From Kiritimatiellia bacterium (GTDB lineage Bacteria; Verrucomicrobiota; Kiritimatiellia; UBA8416; JADHWI01), in contig JADHWI010000004.1 in NCBI GenBank assembly GCA_016783565.1, positions 1,705 through 65,704 on the forward strand: a DNA stretch of 64,000 nt. The letters run 5' to 3'. The notes beneath the pieces are model-generated. The model did not search any database and was not told where the DNA came from. It saw only the letters and a list, made by a program, of their open reading frames with translations. Every line of letters starts with the position of its first letter. The stretch's first letter is position 1. This document shows positions 18,763-27,949 of the stretch, in pieces. A program made the position numbers and the translations under genes.

Positions 18763-19887
18763 ATGACGATGATATTAAAGACAAGCAGAATAGGGGAGCT
18801 TGACTCAGTCTCCCTGACAACGCCCGGCTACGCTGAGCATTATATTACCGCTCATCCTAATGGTGATGGCACTTCTTTTTCCATGTTTGAGAATGTGGCT
18901 AAGCAGCTACGGGAAACGAATGCGACGATTATCGGTCAGTATGTTTTCGGTGGTTGTGAGTTCCATGAAGAGGGCATGCAGGCGCTGGAGCGTGCCTGTG
19001 GGCCTGTGACGTGGCCTGTGACGTGGCTACAGGGGGATCAGTGCTCGGGTACGCATCTGACAGGCACGCAGGTTTTTGCTGTATCCGGCGTAGATGTACA
19101 ACCCATTCGTATAGATGACCAGGATGTCGGATCTGTGTTCGAACACGAGGGCGTGAAATACTGCATGCTCGGGAATATCCATTCCTCCAGCATGAAGGCA
19201 TCCCGGAAAGAGCAGACGCGGGAAACCTTTGAACGGATGGAGGAAACTCTTCGCGCGGTCGGCATGGAGTTTTCCGATATTGTCCGGACATGGATCTATC
19301 TGGACGATCTTCTGGAATGGTATGACGATTTCAACGAGGTGCGGACGCAGTTTTTCAAGGAACGCGGCGTGTTCGAGAAGATGGTTCCGGCGAGTACTGG
19401 TATCGGGACGTCCAATCATGCGGACCTGGCCCTGGTGACCGGTCTTCTTGCAATTAAGCCTGCTGAAGATTCTGTTACAATACAGGCTGTGCCCTCGCCG
19501 CTTCAGTGTCCTGCTATTGATTATAAGAGTTCCTTCAGTCGGGCTGTAGAGGTAAAGACTCCCAGTCACAAGCGCTTGTACATATCCGGTACGGCCAGTA
19601 TTGAACCGGGAGGAGAAACGGTTCATCTGGATGATACCATGAAGCAGGTGGCTCTGACCATGGAGGTCGTTCAAGCCATCCTGGAATCCAGGGGGATGGA
19701 CTGGTCTGACACGACGCGGGCTATTGCGTATTTCAAGGATGACGCCGAAGCCCCCTTGTTGCAGGCGTATTGTCAGGAGAATGATCTACCGCATTTTCCT
19801 GTGGCCATTGCTCATAGCGATGTGTGCCGACACGATCTTCTTTTCGAACTGGAACTGGACGCTATGGTGACCTTCGGCGCAGCCTGA
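18763..19887 (+). CDS. Tandem Rid (YjgF/YER057c) domain protein, FkbO/Hyg5-like
   Basis: IVRTWIYL, PASTGIG, SFSRA, LYISGTASI, DVCRHDLLFELE motifs. Confidence 0.8.
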   Translation: MTMILKTSRIGELDSVSLTTPGYAEHYITAHPNGDGTSFSMFENVAKQLRETNATIIGQYVFGGCEFHEEGMQALERACGPVTWPVTWLQGDQCSGTHLTGTQVFAVSGVDVQPIRIDDQDVGSVFEHEGVKYCMLGNIHSSSMKASRKEQTRETFERMEETLRAVGMEFSDIVRTWIYLDDLLEWYDDFNEVRTQFFKERGVFEKMVPASTGIGTSNHADLALVTGLLAIKPAEDSVTIQAVPSPLQCPAIDYKSSFSRAVEVKTPSHKRLYISGTASIEPGGETVHLDDTMKQVALTMEVVQAILESRGMDWSDTTRAIAYFKDDAEAPLLQAYCQENDLPHFPVAIAHSDVCRHDLLFELELDAMVTFGAA

Positions 19888-19893
19888 TGTCGC

Positions 19894-22086
19894 TTACGGC
19901 TGCACGGTGATCATGTAGTAAGCGCGTCCACTGCTCGCTGTGTCGGTGTAGCTGTTGACGGGTGGATCTCCGGAAATATCTGTTGCCAGGATGGTGAAAC
20001 CTTCCATGAGGTCGGTCGACTTGTGGATGGTGTAGTGCTTGCCGCTAACGCTGTGCCACTGCACGGCAAAGCCTTCGCCGGTTTTGGCTTCGGGCGCGAT
20101 TTGTGCAAAGGTCGAGTCGGGGTCGGTCGGGTTTGTTCCTGCGATGAATTCGTGTATGTTGATCAGTCCGTCACCATCGAAGTCATCGTCGCTCGTCACA
20201 TCGGTGATGTTGTCGATGCCGTCGTCCGGATTGGCATCGGCGATTTGCTGCTCCCAACTGTCAGGCATCTGATCCCTGTCGTTGTCCACTGTGGCGTTCA
20301 GGCTTAAAATGGCAATACCAGCTTCCTCTTCTGAGACCAGAACGGTGGATCCCGATACAGCCAGTTGCATTGCATGAACGAGCTTAGTGAATGTTTCCAG
20401 CTCGACCGGCACGGTGGGTGCAAGATTGCTGCTGCGCAACATTGCGTTGCCTCCTGTTGTGAGTGCAATGTCCGCTGACAGGGCGATGGCGCGAGCACCT
20501 GCGCCTGTTGAGATTGCCTGATCCAGCGCCGGTGCAGAGGGGGTGGAAAGATCAATCCGCAGGCTTCCGGCTTCGTCATCGGCCACATAAACGTTGCCGG
20601 CCGAGACCGTGACGGCCATGGCGGATCCAGAGGTGTTATAGGTTCCGATTACGGTGGGAGCTGCCGTGTTGCTTGTGTCGATGACCAGGAGGCCTGCGTT
20701 GCCTGCGGCGGCCAGGAGAAGGTCGCCTTTGAATGCGAGGTCGAAAACGTGACCGTCGACAGCGCACGTTCCTTTTGGGTCGAGGCCGTTGAAGATTTGA
20801 ATCTGGTGTCCGTCCGAAACCGCCAGAGTGTCTTCCGATGCCGTGATGGTTCTGATGGCGGTTAACGTCGTGTCCAGCGAAGTGGTCAGGGCAGAGGGCG
20901 CTGCCGGGGTGGTTACGTTTACGGCGCTCAGGCCGTAGAGATCGTCGGCGATATATAGAATGTTGCCCATAAGGGCCAAGTCGCGGGCGTTGCCTGCGGT
21001 TGGGCAGCCTCCGATGCGGACGGGTTGTTCCGCGTTGGTGAGATTGTAGATGTTCAGGCCGGCTTCACCCGCCGCAACAAACGCGATGTCTCCCTGGGTT
21101 ACGATCTGTGAGGCGCGTGAGCCTTGTTGTATCGCTGAAATTTCCGTAAGGACTGGAGTTGAGATATCAACTACGCGTAGTCCGCCGAAACCTGCGGCGA
21201 CGTATGCTGTGAATTCGGAGATTGTCAGCGCGGTTGCGTGACCGCTGAGTGTGATGGGTGCAAGTGGTGCGGGTGATGATGGCGTAGCGATGTTGATGGG
21301 TTGAACGCCTGTGGCCCCCAGAGCGGCAAAAGCAACGTTCCCTTTTGCGCAGATTTCGTGTGCAGGACCCGCAAGGTTGGTTGTGCCTATGATGGAGGGT
21401 GCATTGAGGTCTGAAACGTTGATCAGTGCGAGCTGGCCCTTTTCGTCAACGAGAAGGATCGTGGTTCCGGACAGGTGGATGTCACGTGCGAAAGGGAGGC
21501 TTTCCACGGAACTCAGTTTGACTGGAGAAGTGGGGTCTGATACGTCGAGAATGAGTAGGCCGAGGTGGTAGTCGAGTACGTAGGCCACGTTGCCTTGCAC
21601 GATGATGTCGCGGGCGGGACCCTCGGTGGCGAAGGTTCCTTCCTGCATTGGTGTGGAAGGATTGGTGATGTTAATTAAACGGAGCCCTGCACTACCATCA
21701 GCCAGAAAGATACGATCGTCGGCAGCGAAAGCAGCGTAGCTGTGCGCGGCCGAGGGGATCGTGCCGACAACTGCGGGTCCTCCGGGGGATGCGAGAGTTA
21801 GAATGTGAACACCGCGCCGCCCGCAGGCGGCAAATGCCCGCCCGCCGTCCATGGAAAGAGATTCAATGCTTCCGACGAGTCGCAGACGATCCAGTACGTG
21901 TGGGGTGTCAGGTTGGGAAACGTCAAGGATTGAGAGAGTGGGTCCCTCGCCGATGCAAAGGGTAGTTTCTGAGATGGCAATGGCTTGGCTGTACCCGCCG
22001 ATGCCACCACCGGTCATACGGAGTTCTGCGTATGCGGGGAGGCAGATGCTGACGGCCAGAAGGATCTTAAGGTGTTTTTTTAGCAT
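19894..22086 (-). CDS. Secreted LVIVD-repeat beta-propeller protein with a C-terminal domain
   Basis: Signal peptide MLKKHLKILLAVSICLPAYA; many AYVA.G..GL.I.DIS.P..P repeats; start overlaps the protease stop (ATGCTAA). Confidence 0.85.
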   Translation of the reverse strand: MLKKHLKILLAVSICLPAYAELRMTGGGIGGYSQAIAISETTLCIGEGPTLSILDVSQPDTPHVLDRLRLVGSIESLSMDGGRAFAACGRRGVHILTLASPGGPAVVGTIPSAAHSYAAFAADDRIFLADGSAGLRLINITNPSTPMQEGTFATEGPARDIIVQGNVAYVLDYHLGLLILDVSDPTSPVKLSSVESLPFARDIHLSGTTILLVDEKGQLALINVSDLNAPSIIGTTNLAGPAHEICAKGNVAFAALGATGVQPINIATPSSPAPLAPITLSGHATALTISEFTAYVAAGFGGLRVVDISTPVLTEISAIQQGSRASQIVTQGDIAFVAAGEAGLNIYNLTNAEQPVRIGGCPTAGNARDLALMGNILYIADDLYGLSAVNVTTPAAPSALTTSLDTTLTAIRTITASEDTLAVSDGHQIQIFNGLDPKGTCAVDGHVFDLAFKGDLLLAAAGNAGLLVIDTSNTAAPTVIGTYNTSGSAMAVTVSAGNVYVADDEAGSLRIDLSTPSAPALDQAISTGAGARAIALSADIALTTGGNAMLRSSNLAPTVPVELETFTKLVHAMQLAVSGSTVLVSEEEAGIAILSLNATVDNDRDQMPDSWEQQIADANPDDGIDNITDVTSDDDFDGDGLINIHEFIAGTNPTDPDSTFAQIAPEAKTGEGFAVQWHSVSGKHYTIHKSTDLMEGFTILATDISGDPPVNSYTDTASSGRAYYMITVQP

Positions 22087-22589
22087 GGTGCAGGCTCCAT
22101 CGTTATCGTGGGCTTGGTCTGTAGAGGGCTTGTCCAGCAATGGACTGTTCTCATTACGGTTTCGATTACCTTTGGTAGGGCCGCTTTGACAGGGCCCGAG
22201 AGTTTCATCCCGTACTCAAGAGATTTCGGCTCTACTCCGAGAACAGTCATGGGCGGGCATTGATGGGGGGCGGGCATTAATCGCGAAAGTGAGCGCATTC
22301 CGAGCGTATGAATGGAGGTTGCTGGGCCGTCTTCGCGTACATCATCCGCATCGAGGAGATATATGTCTCCCGGGTTACCCCCGGCCTTGACGGCATCAAT
22401 CAGTAGAACACGATCCGCGTGTTCGAGGTAGTGCATGGCATGGAAGACCGCCGTACCGATGTCGGCTGTTGTGACACCGATCATCGGTTGTTTGGCCAGT
22501 TCGTGCACGGCATGAATGCCCACACCATCATCGCTCAGCAATAAGTTGCCGAGTCCTGCGATCAAAATGGATTGTTTATGTGCGTGCAT
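22080..22589 (-). CDS. Hydrogenase maturation endopeptidase (HyaD/HybD family)
   Basis: ILIAGLGNLLLSDDGVG, IDAV, SIH, VLGVEP motifs. Confidence 0.93.
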   Translation of the reverse strand: MHAHKQSILIAGLGNLLLSDDGVGIHAVHELAKQPMIGVTTADIGTAVFHAMHYLEHADRVLLIDAVKAGGNPGDIYLLDADDVREDGPATSIHTLGMRSLSRLMPAPHQCPPMTVLGVEPKSLEYGMKLSGPVKAALPKVIETVMRTVHCWTSPLQTKPTITMEPAPC

Positions 22590-24054
22590 TGTTGGATCTC
22601 AGGGTGATGGGTGGGGTGAAAGATGTTGAAGGGATGCGAACTACGGTTTTATCTTTGGGGCGCATGACGTGTGTGGCGCAATCCAGGCATGGGTCGAAGG
22701 AGTGAATGACGCGCAGCACTTCGATGGGTTCGTCGATGTTTTCAACAGGGATGCCGATCAATGCCTCTTCAAGGGCGCCGCGCACACCATTGCCGTCACG
22801 GGGTGAGACGTTCCAGCAGGTTGGTGTAATGATCTGGTAGTGTGAAACTTTTTGGTTTGCGATGTCGACCCAGTGGCCCAGTGCGCCTCGTGGTGCTTCT
22901 GTGAGCCCAATGCCGGTGCCTGTCTGTGGCACGGAACAGTGGGTATAGGCGCTGGCGCCGACGGGCAGCGCGTTCAGCCAAACCTGCATGGCATCAGCGA
23001 TTTTCAACGCCTCATGGGCGCGGGCGATGTGTCGGTCCATTACGGAGACTCCGCCGGTATAGTCGCCCGTGATCGACATGCGGGCCAGGGGGCCGAGTTC
23101 GTATGGAAGGTTGTCATAGCGCGGTGCCTTGAGCCATGAATACGCTCCGGGTTTGGGGTGTTGTGGTACGGTGTCTCCGCCTGACGGATTCAGATTGTGC
23201 GTGTCTTGATCATACCAGGAATGGGTGACATGTTCCGAGATACCTGCGGTGTTGAGCGGTAGGACATCGCGCGAACCCTTCAGCAAGCGTCCGCGGTGAA
23301 AAAGGAGTTCGGAGCCGGAGTTGTTTTCGCGGTAGACGCCGTAAGAGAGCAGGTTTGCGTGTCCGCGACCGAGAGAATAATATTCGGAATGCAGTGATGC
23401 CAGTCTCTCTGCATCGGGAATGTAGACATTGGCGATGAAATTACGCAGGTCGCTCAGTATGGTTGCAAAGGCATTTTTTTGGGAACTCTTGGCAATCGCT
23501 GTGAAACCTCCGCTGATATAGGCGGGGGAGTGCGGCAGGCGACCACCGAATATGGCTCCCATTTCGTGGGCTTTGCGGCGTTTCTCAATGGCGGTAAGAT
23601 AGTGGTTGAGAAAAGAGGCGGACTCTCTTTTTCCAATGCGGTTGCCGACGTTCCAGCCTGGGGTCCAAGGGGCCATACCGGGACCGGAGACATAGTCGAG
23701 CAGCGACAGCAGGTAGAAATGAAGAATGTGCGACTCGATGAAACAGGCCCCATGAACCAGATTACGCATCAGGCGCCCTGCGGTTGGGGCGGTGATTCCG
23801 CAAGCTGCATCCAACCCCAGGACTGCAGCTTGGGCGTGCGAAGTGGGGCATACTCCACAGATGCGTGAAGTGATAATTGCGGCATCGCGTGGGTCTCGGC
23901 CTTCCAGTATCTTTTCGAAGCCTCGAAAAAGCGTGCCGACTGCTTTTGCATCGACGACTTGCTGGGCTCCATTGACCGTGTCTACGGTTACTTCGATTTT
24001 CAGGTGTCCCTCAATGCGTGTGACCGGGTCGATAGCAGCGATGATCGTTGGCAT
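22576..24054 (-). CDS. [NiFe]-hydrogenase large subunit (group 1, 1a-like; Cys form)
   Basis: DPVTRIEGH; L1 motif RICGVCPTSH; EAPRGALGHW; L2 motif FDPCLDCATH with a cleavable C-terminal tail. Confidence 0.95.
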   Translation of the reverse strand: MPTIIAAIDPVTRIEGHLKIEVTVDTVNGAQQVVDAKAVGTLFRGFEKILEGRDPRDAAIITSRICGVCPTSHAQAAVLGLDAACGITAPTAGRLMRNLVHGACFIESHILHFYLLSLLDYVSGPGMAPWTPGWNVGNRIGKRESASFLNHYLTAIEKRRKAHEMGAIFGGRLPHSPAYISGGFTAIAKSSQKNAFATILSDLRNFIANVYIPDAERLASLHSEYYSLGRGHANLLSYGVYRENNSGSELLFHRGRLLKGSRDVLPLNTAGISEHVTHSWYDQDTHNLNPSGGDTVPQHPKPGAYSWLKAPRYDNLPYELGPLARMSITGDYTGGVSVMDRHIARAHEALKIADAMQVWLNALPVGASAYTHCSVPQTGTGIGLTEAPRGALGHWVDIANQKVSHYQIITPTCWNVSPRDGNGVRGALEEALIGIPVENIDEPIEVLRVIHSFDPCLDCATHVMRPKDKTVVRIPSTSFTPPITLRSNNART

Positions 24055-24077
24055 GATATTACCTTTTCTGTGTGGGA

Positions 24078-24989
24078 TTAGTCATCGTCATACTCTGTGA
24101 AGAAAGACTCGGGGCCGGGGAATGTTGGTTCGACGCAGCCGTGACAGGGTGCGTTTACGCCGATGCACCAGTTTCCCTGACCTGCGATTCCGTTCCAGTT
24201 GTTGTGGCAATTTGCTTTCGTTTCAGGACCGCGGCAGCCCAAATGTTTCAGGCAGCGATTGTCGGTGCCGAAGTCATCAATTTCGTCCCGCTCTTTTCGG
24301 GGGCAGCTCTTGTGGATGTAGTTGTGCGCTTCGTAGAGTGCGGTGGGTCGCCCAGAGCTGTCGAGAGGAATAGAATTGCCGAGCAGCACCTGTACGATCG
24401 GCCAGATGATCCAGTCGGGATTGGCCGGGCATCCGGAAATGTTGACGGTGGTTCGCCCGGTAAGTGATTTGACACCAACCACTTGCGTTGGATTGCTGCC
24501 GGCGGCGGGGATTCCGCCCCATGAGGCGCAGGTTCCTGCGCAGATGATGTGGCTGGCGCGTTCTGCATAGCGTAGAACAGCATCCTTGAAAGTCACTTCC
24601 TGTCCCTTGTAACTGTAGGAGATGCAGGCATGTCCGTTGAATGCCATGGGGATGCCGCCTTCAACCACCAGCACATAGTTTCCTTTAGCGTAAGCCTGTT
24701 CCATGACCGCAACGGCTGACTCACCGGCGAAGGTCATCAGGTTGGTGTGGAATGTCAGGTCGATATTGTTAATGAGTACATCCGCCGCTGTGGCGGGTGC
24801 AGTCTCGGCAATCCGATTGAGTAGTGATATAGAACATCCGTCGCAGGAACTCCCTTTAAGCCAGATCACTTCCGGTGCGCCGGTAGAGGCAAGAGCAGCT
24901 TGAAGCAGGCCCAGTTCGCTTGAACTCAGACCGATGGTGACGGCTCCCGCTCCGCAGTACTTGAAAAAAGCCCTTCGTGAAAGCTGCAT
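24078..24989 (-). CDS. [NiFe]-hydrogenase small subunit with a Tat signal
   Basis: SRRAFFK twin-arginine motif; CDGC, GTCASWGG, GCP, HKSC, LGCRGP, PCHGC Fe-S ligands; no C-terminal TM anchor. Confidence 0.95.
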   Translation of the reverse strand: MQLSRRAFFKYCGAGAVTIGLSSSELGLLQAALASTGAPEVIWLKGSSCDGCSISLLNRIAETAPATAADVLINNIDLTFHTNLMTFAGESAVAVMEQAYAKGNYVLVVEGGIPMAFNGHACISYSYKGQEVTFKDAVLRYAERASHIICAGTCASWGGIPAAGSNPTQVVGVKSLTGRTTVNISGCPANPDWIIWPIVQVLLGNSIPLDSSGRPTALYEAHNYIHKSCPRKERDEIDDFGTDNRCLKHLGCRGPETKANCHNNWNGIAGQGNWCIGVNAPCHGCVEPTFPGPESFFTEYDDD

Positions 24990-25162
24990 CGGTTGTATCC
25001 TTTCAGGGTCGTCTGTTGTCTCAATTTACAGGTAGCGTACCACAACGTGGTAGCAGTAAGCATTCCAATTATGATACTTTTTTAGAAATGGCCTTTAATT
25101 GAGGCAATTCATCTCGAGGGTTGAAAATTGGATGAGTTGTGCTCTCAGAAATGAGAAACGTT

Positions 25163-25579
25163 TCAGACTGTCGGAGTGGTTTCGTTTGGGGCGTGTAGGA
25201 GTCGGGCAATGACAGGGCATGAGGTAAAGTCGGCAACGGGATTGTTCTCGTTGCTGTTCATCATCTGGCAGTGGTTGGCTGCCAGCATCCAGCAGCAGCA
25301 GCCAGCTCCGGCTTGGCGGGAGGGGCAGGTCTGTTGATGTTCGTTATCGCACTGTTTCACGCGCCAACAGGGTTGCGTTTCCTGGGTGTGATTGTGGAAC
25401 TCGTTGAGCATGACAAACAGTTGGCTGAAAAATCGATTGGGCACTGCACGCCAGCCTTGTTCATAGCTCTGAATAGCTTTCGGGGAGACTCCGATGCTTT
25501 TCGCCAGGCGTGTTTGAGAAAGCGCCATCAACTTACGGGCTTTGGTAACAACTTCTGCTCTAATCACGAGGCGCTCCAT
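25163..25579 (-). CDS. XRE-family HTH regulator with a C-terminal Cys-rich two-CW domain
   Basis: LSQTRLAKSIGVSPKAIQSYEQGWR HTH; CWRVKQC...CP...CCCW...C...C. Confidence 0.8.
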   Translation of the reverse strand: MERLVIRAEVVTKARKLMALSQTRLAKSIGVSPKAIQSYEQGWRAVPNRFFSQLFVMLNEFHNHTQETQPCWRVKQCDNEHQQTCPSRQAGAGCCCWMLAANHCQMMNSNENNPVADFTSCPVIARLLHAPNETTPTV

Positions 25580-25613
25580 TCTTCATAAGCCCAGAAAGTC
25601 TGCATGTGGTCAC

Positions 25614-26702
25614 CTATTCTTTCGGAGTAGTGGGAGATGAAGAGAGTTCCGTGTAGAGCTTGATGGTCTTTTCCAGGGTGTGCCGGACGTGAAAGGGGCC
25701 GTTGATGCGTTCTCGAGCAGCGATGCCAAGACGTTCAACTTCGTTGGGGTGCGACGCCAGGCGTTGGAATGCTGCGGCCAAAGCCTGTGAATCTCTGGGG
25801 GGTACAATGAGTCCGCTGATCTCCTGCTCAATGAGTTCCGGCATGCCGCCTACGTTGGATACTACAGCGGGTATGCCCTGCGACATACCCTCCAGTAGAA
25901 CTCTCGGTAAACCTTCGCGATCCACTGACGGCATGGTCAAAATCTGACACGCACCTGCCAGTGCGGGTGCGTCTGTGCGGAATCCAGCGAAATGAACCCT
26001 TGGCGCCACATCGGGGTGTCCAGCCAGTCGGGCAACGCGAGGGTCCCGCACTTCGCCGACAAGCAGGAGATGAATCGGGCTGTCTGCCGGTAAATGTCGG
26101 ATGGCCTCAAGCAGCACATCGACACCCTTTACGGGGCGCATATTTCCCACAAACCCTATCACAAAGGCGTGTTCGGGGATTCCAAACTCCGCGAGGGACG
26201 CAGAGGTATGGTGTTGATACCAATCCGGGTCATGTCCTTTGTGAATGGTTGTGAGTCGGTGGTTTGCGACTCTGCAGTTTTTCAGGTATTGCTCAACAGC
26301 ACCGGACACACAGACGATTTTATCCACTCGGCGGTTGAAATAGGTCATCCATGCCGCTGGATCAAAGCGACTCAGGTGCCCCATGGTCCCCCTGTACCCC
26401 ACATGTTTTATGGGGCGTCCGCGTGTAGCTAGCAAGACATTTGATAAGGCTCGATTTGTATAGGAGTGAATGATGTCGTAATCATGTTCGGCGATCATTT
26501 CACGCAGTAATCGAATGGCCGTCCGGTCTATGCGTGACTGGAAATCATGGACATGATGTGTTACGCTCAATTCCTTACAGAGTGCATGCCCCATCGAGTT
26601 TTCAGAACACACGACATGCACGTCTATACCGGCGGCATGAAGTCCGCTCAGAACGTAATTTTCAGTGCGATCGTTGGACAGACCGCTTTGAAGTACCTTC
26701 AT
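25614..26702 (-). CDS. Glycosyltransferase family 4 (GT-B)
   Basis: KGVDVLLEA; REGLPRVLLEGMSQGIPAVVSNVGG (E-x7-E); start set at ATG 26702. Confidence 0.92.
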   Translation of the reverse strand: MKVLQSGLSNDRTENYVLSGLHAAGIDVHVVCSENSMGHALCKELSVTHHVHDFQSRIDRTAIRLLREMIAEHDYDIIHSYTNRALSNVLLATRGRPIKHVGYRGTMGHLSRFDPAAWMTYFNRRVDKIVCVSGAVEQYLKNCRVANHRLTTIHKGHDPDWYQHHTSASLAEFGIPEHAFVIGFVGNMRPVKGVDVLLEAIRHLPADSPIHLLLVGEVRDPRVARLAGHPDVAPRVHFAGFRTDAPALAGACQILTMPSVDREGLPRVLLEGMSQGIPAVVSNVGGMPELIEQEISGLIVPPRDSQALAAAFQRLASHPNEVERLGIAARERINGPFHVRHTLEKTIKLYTELSSSPTTPKE

Positions 26703-26879
26703 GTCAGACACCTCGCAGTAAACCGTTTGGTGTTCCAAGCATAGCGGTGTGAGTAAACATGCGCACCTTTTTACCTGCGTAGGTGCAAACGTCAAGACCT
26801 TAACGCGCATTATTCACGAAGAATCGTCCTTAATCCGCGATGTTGCCAATGCGCGTGCCCTATGATAGAAGGTCTCGCA

Positions 26880-27743
26880 ATGAAAAACGTTGGCAAAGAT
26901 GATGTGGACAGCGGATATTACGGTAAAGGACGATATGAGATCCTGAAATCAGATCCGGATGCGGTCTGGGTTGGTGAGTGGATTCGATCGCAAAAATTTC
27001 TTGCGTCAGAGCTTGGTGCTCCTGTTTCGTCAGGGAATCTTGGGACGCATCTTCGTCGTATTGAGCTGCCTTCGGGAGGGCAGGCTGTGTTCAAGGGATT
27101 TGGTGTGCGTCCTCACCCACGTACTTCCCGTGAATTGAATCGGCGGCTGAGCCTTTTGTTTCGGAATTATGCGCGTACATCATTTCGGGGTGCGCTCTTG
27201 CTGCAGCGTCTGGGTGTGGACACGCCTTCACCGTTGGCTTGGTGGACCTATCATAAAGGGATTGGACGTGTTAGGCAGTATTATCTTTGTCGATGGGAAC
27301 CGCACGAGAACACATTGACAGACTGTCGGGAGCGGTGGAAGCGTGACCCTGATCCGGAGAATAGAAAGGCGTACGAAGGCATGATTCGCGTTTTGGCGAC
27401 GATGTGTCGTCGATTGCATGATCATGGGATCACGCATGGTGATCCAGCGCCACATAACATTCTTGTGCTTGATGAATCTGCCATTCCTCCTTCGCTAGCC
27501 ATGGTGGATACGGATCATGTCAGCCGAAAATATTATCCTGCACCATTCAAACAATTTTTTCTTTTTCGCGATTTCAGGCGATTGAACCTGGACCGAAAGG
27601 TGTGTCCGGAGGATGGGGTGCATTTTATGCATATTTTTTTGAAAGCTTATCTTGGAGATGCCTATCATCCCGGTTGGTACAGGGTTTACCGTTTCTGGCG
27701 ACAGGGAGCTCTGGGCTATTTGCGAGAGATGCTACAGAGCTGA
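26880..27743 (+). CDS. Lipopolysaccharide kinase (Kdo/WaaP/InaA family)
   Basis: LHDHGITHGDPAPHNIL catalytic loop; MVDTD; divergent from the GT4 gene. Confidence 0.8.
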   Translation: MKNVGKDDVDSGYYGKGRYEILKSDPDAVWVGEWIRSQKFLASELGAPVSSGNLGTHLRRIELPSGGQAVFKGFGVRPHPRTSRELNRRLSLLFRNYARTSFRGALLLQRLGVDTPSPLAWWTYHKGIGRVRQYYLCRWEPHENTLTDCRERWKRDPDPENRKAYEGMIRVLATMCRRLHDHGITHGDPAPHNILVLDESAIPPSLAMVDTDHVSRKYYPAPFKQFFLFRDFRRLNLDRKVCPEDGVHFMHIFLKAYLGDAYHPGWYRVYRFWRQGALGYLREMLQS

Positions 27744-27949
27744 TAGCAAAATGACGGGTCCGACAGGTTTATTGCCGGATATTGTCTTTAGGTACTGTCA
27801 GGGTGAAGGGAGGGCTGTCATGGTCTCCGTGCGTACCTCAGCCTTGATATGCGGCCTTCAGGTCGGTATGGTTTCTCACAAAATCATTTCTTTTTCCGGG
27901 TTTTTTGCATGGGTGGATTTGATGCGAGAGAAACCGTAAGGGGTAATTT

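Noticed and set aside
22660-22710. Selenocysteine in the hydrogenase L2 motif
   Set aside because: The codon is TGC (Cys) and the frame is open; there is no in-frame TGA.
27744-27949. c-di-AMP (ydaO) riboswitch upstream of trkA
   Set aside because: Only an 8-bp inverted repeat (GGTTTCTC/GAGAAACC) is present; the conserved riboswitch motifs are not recognisable.
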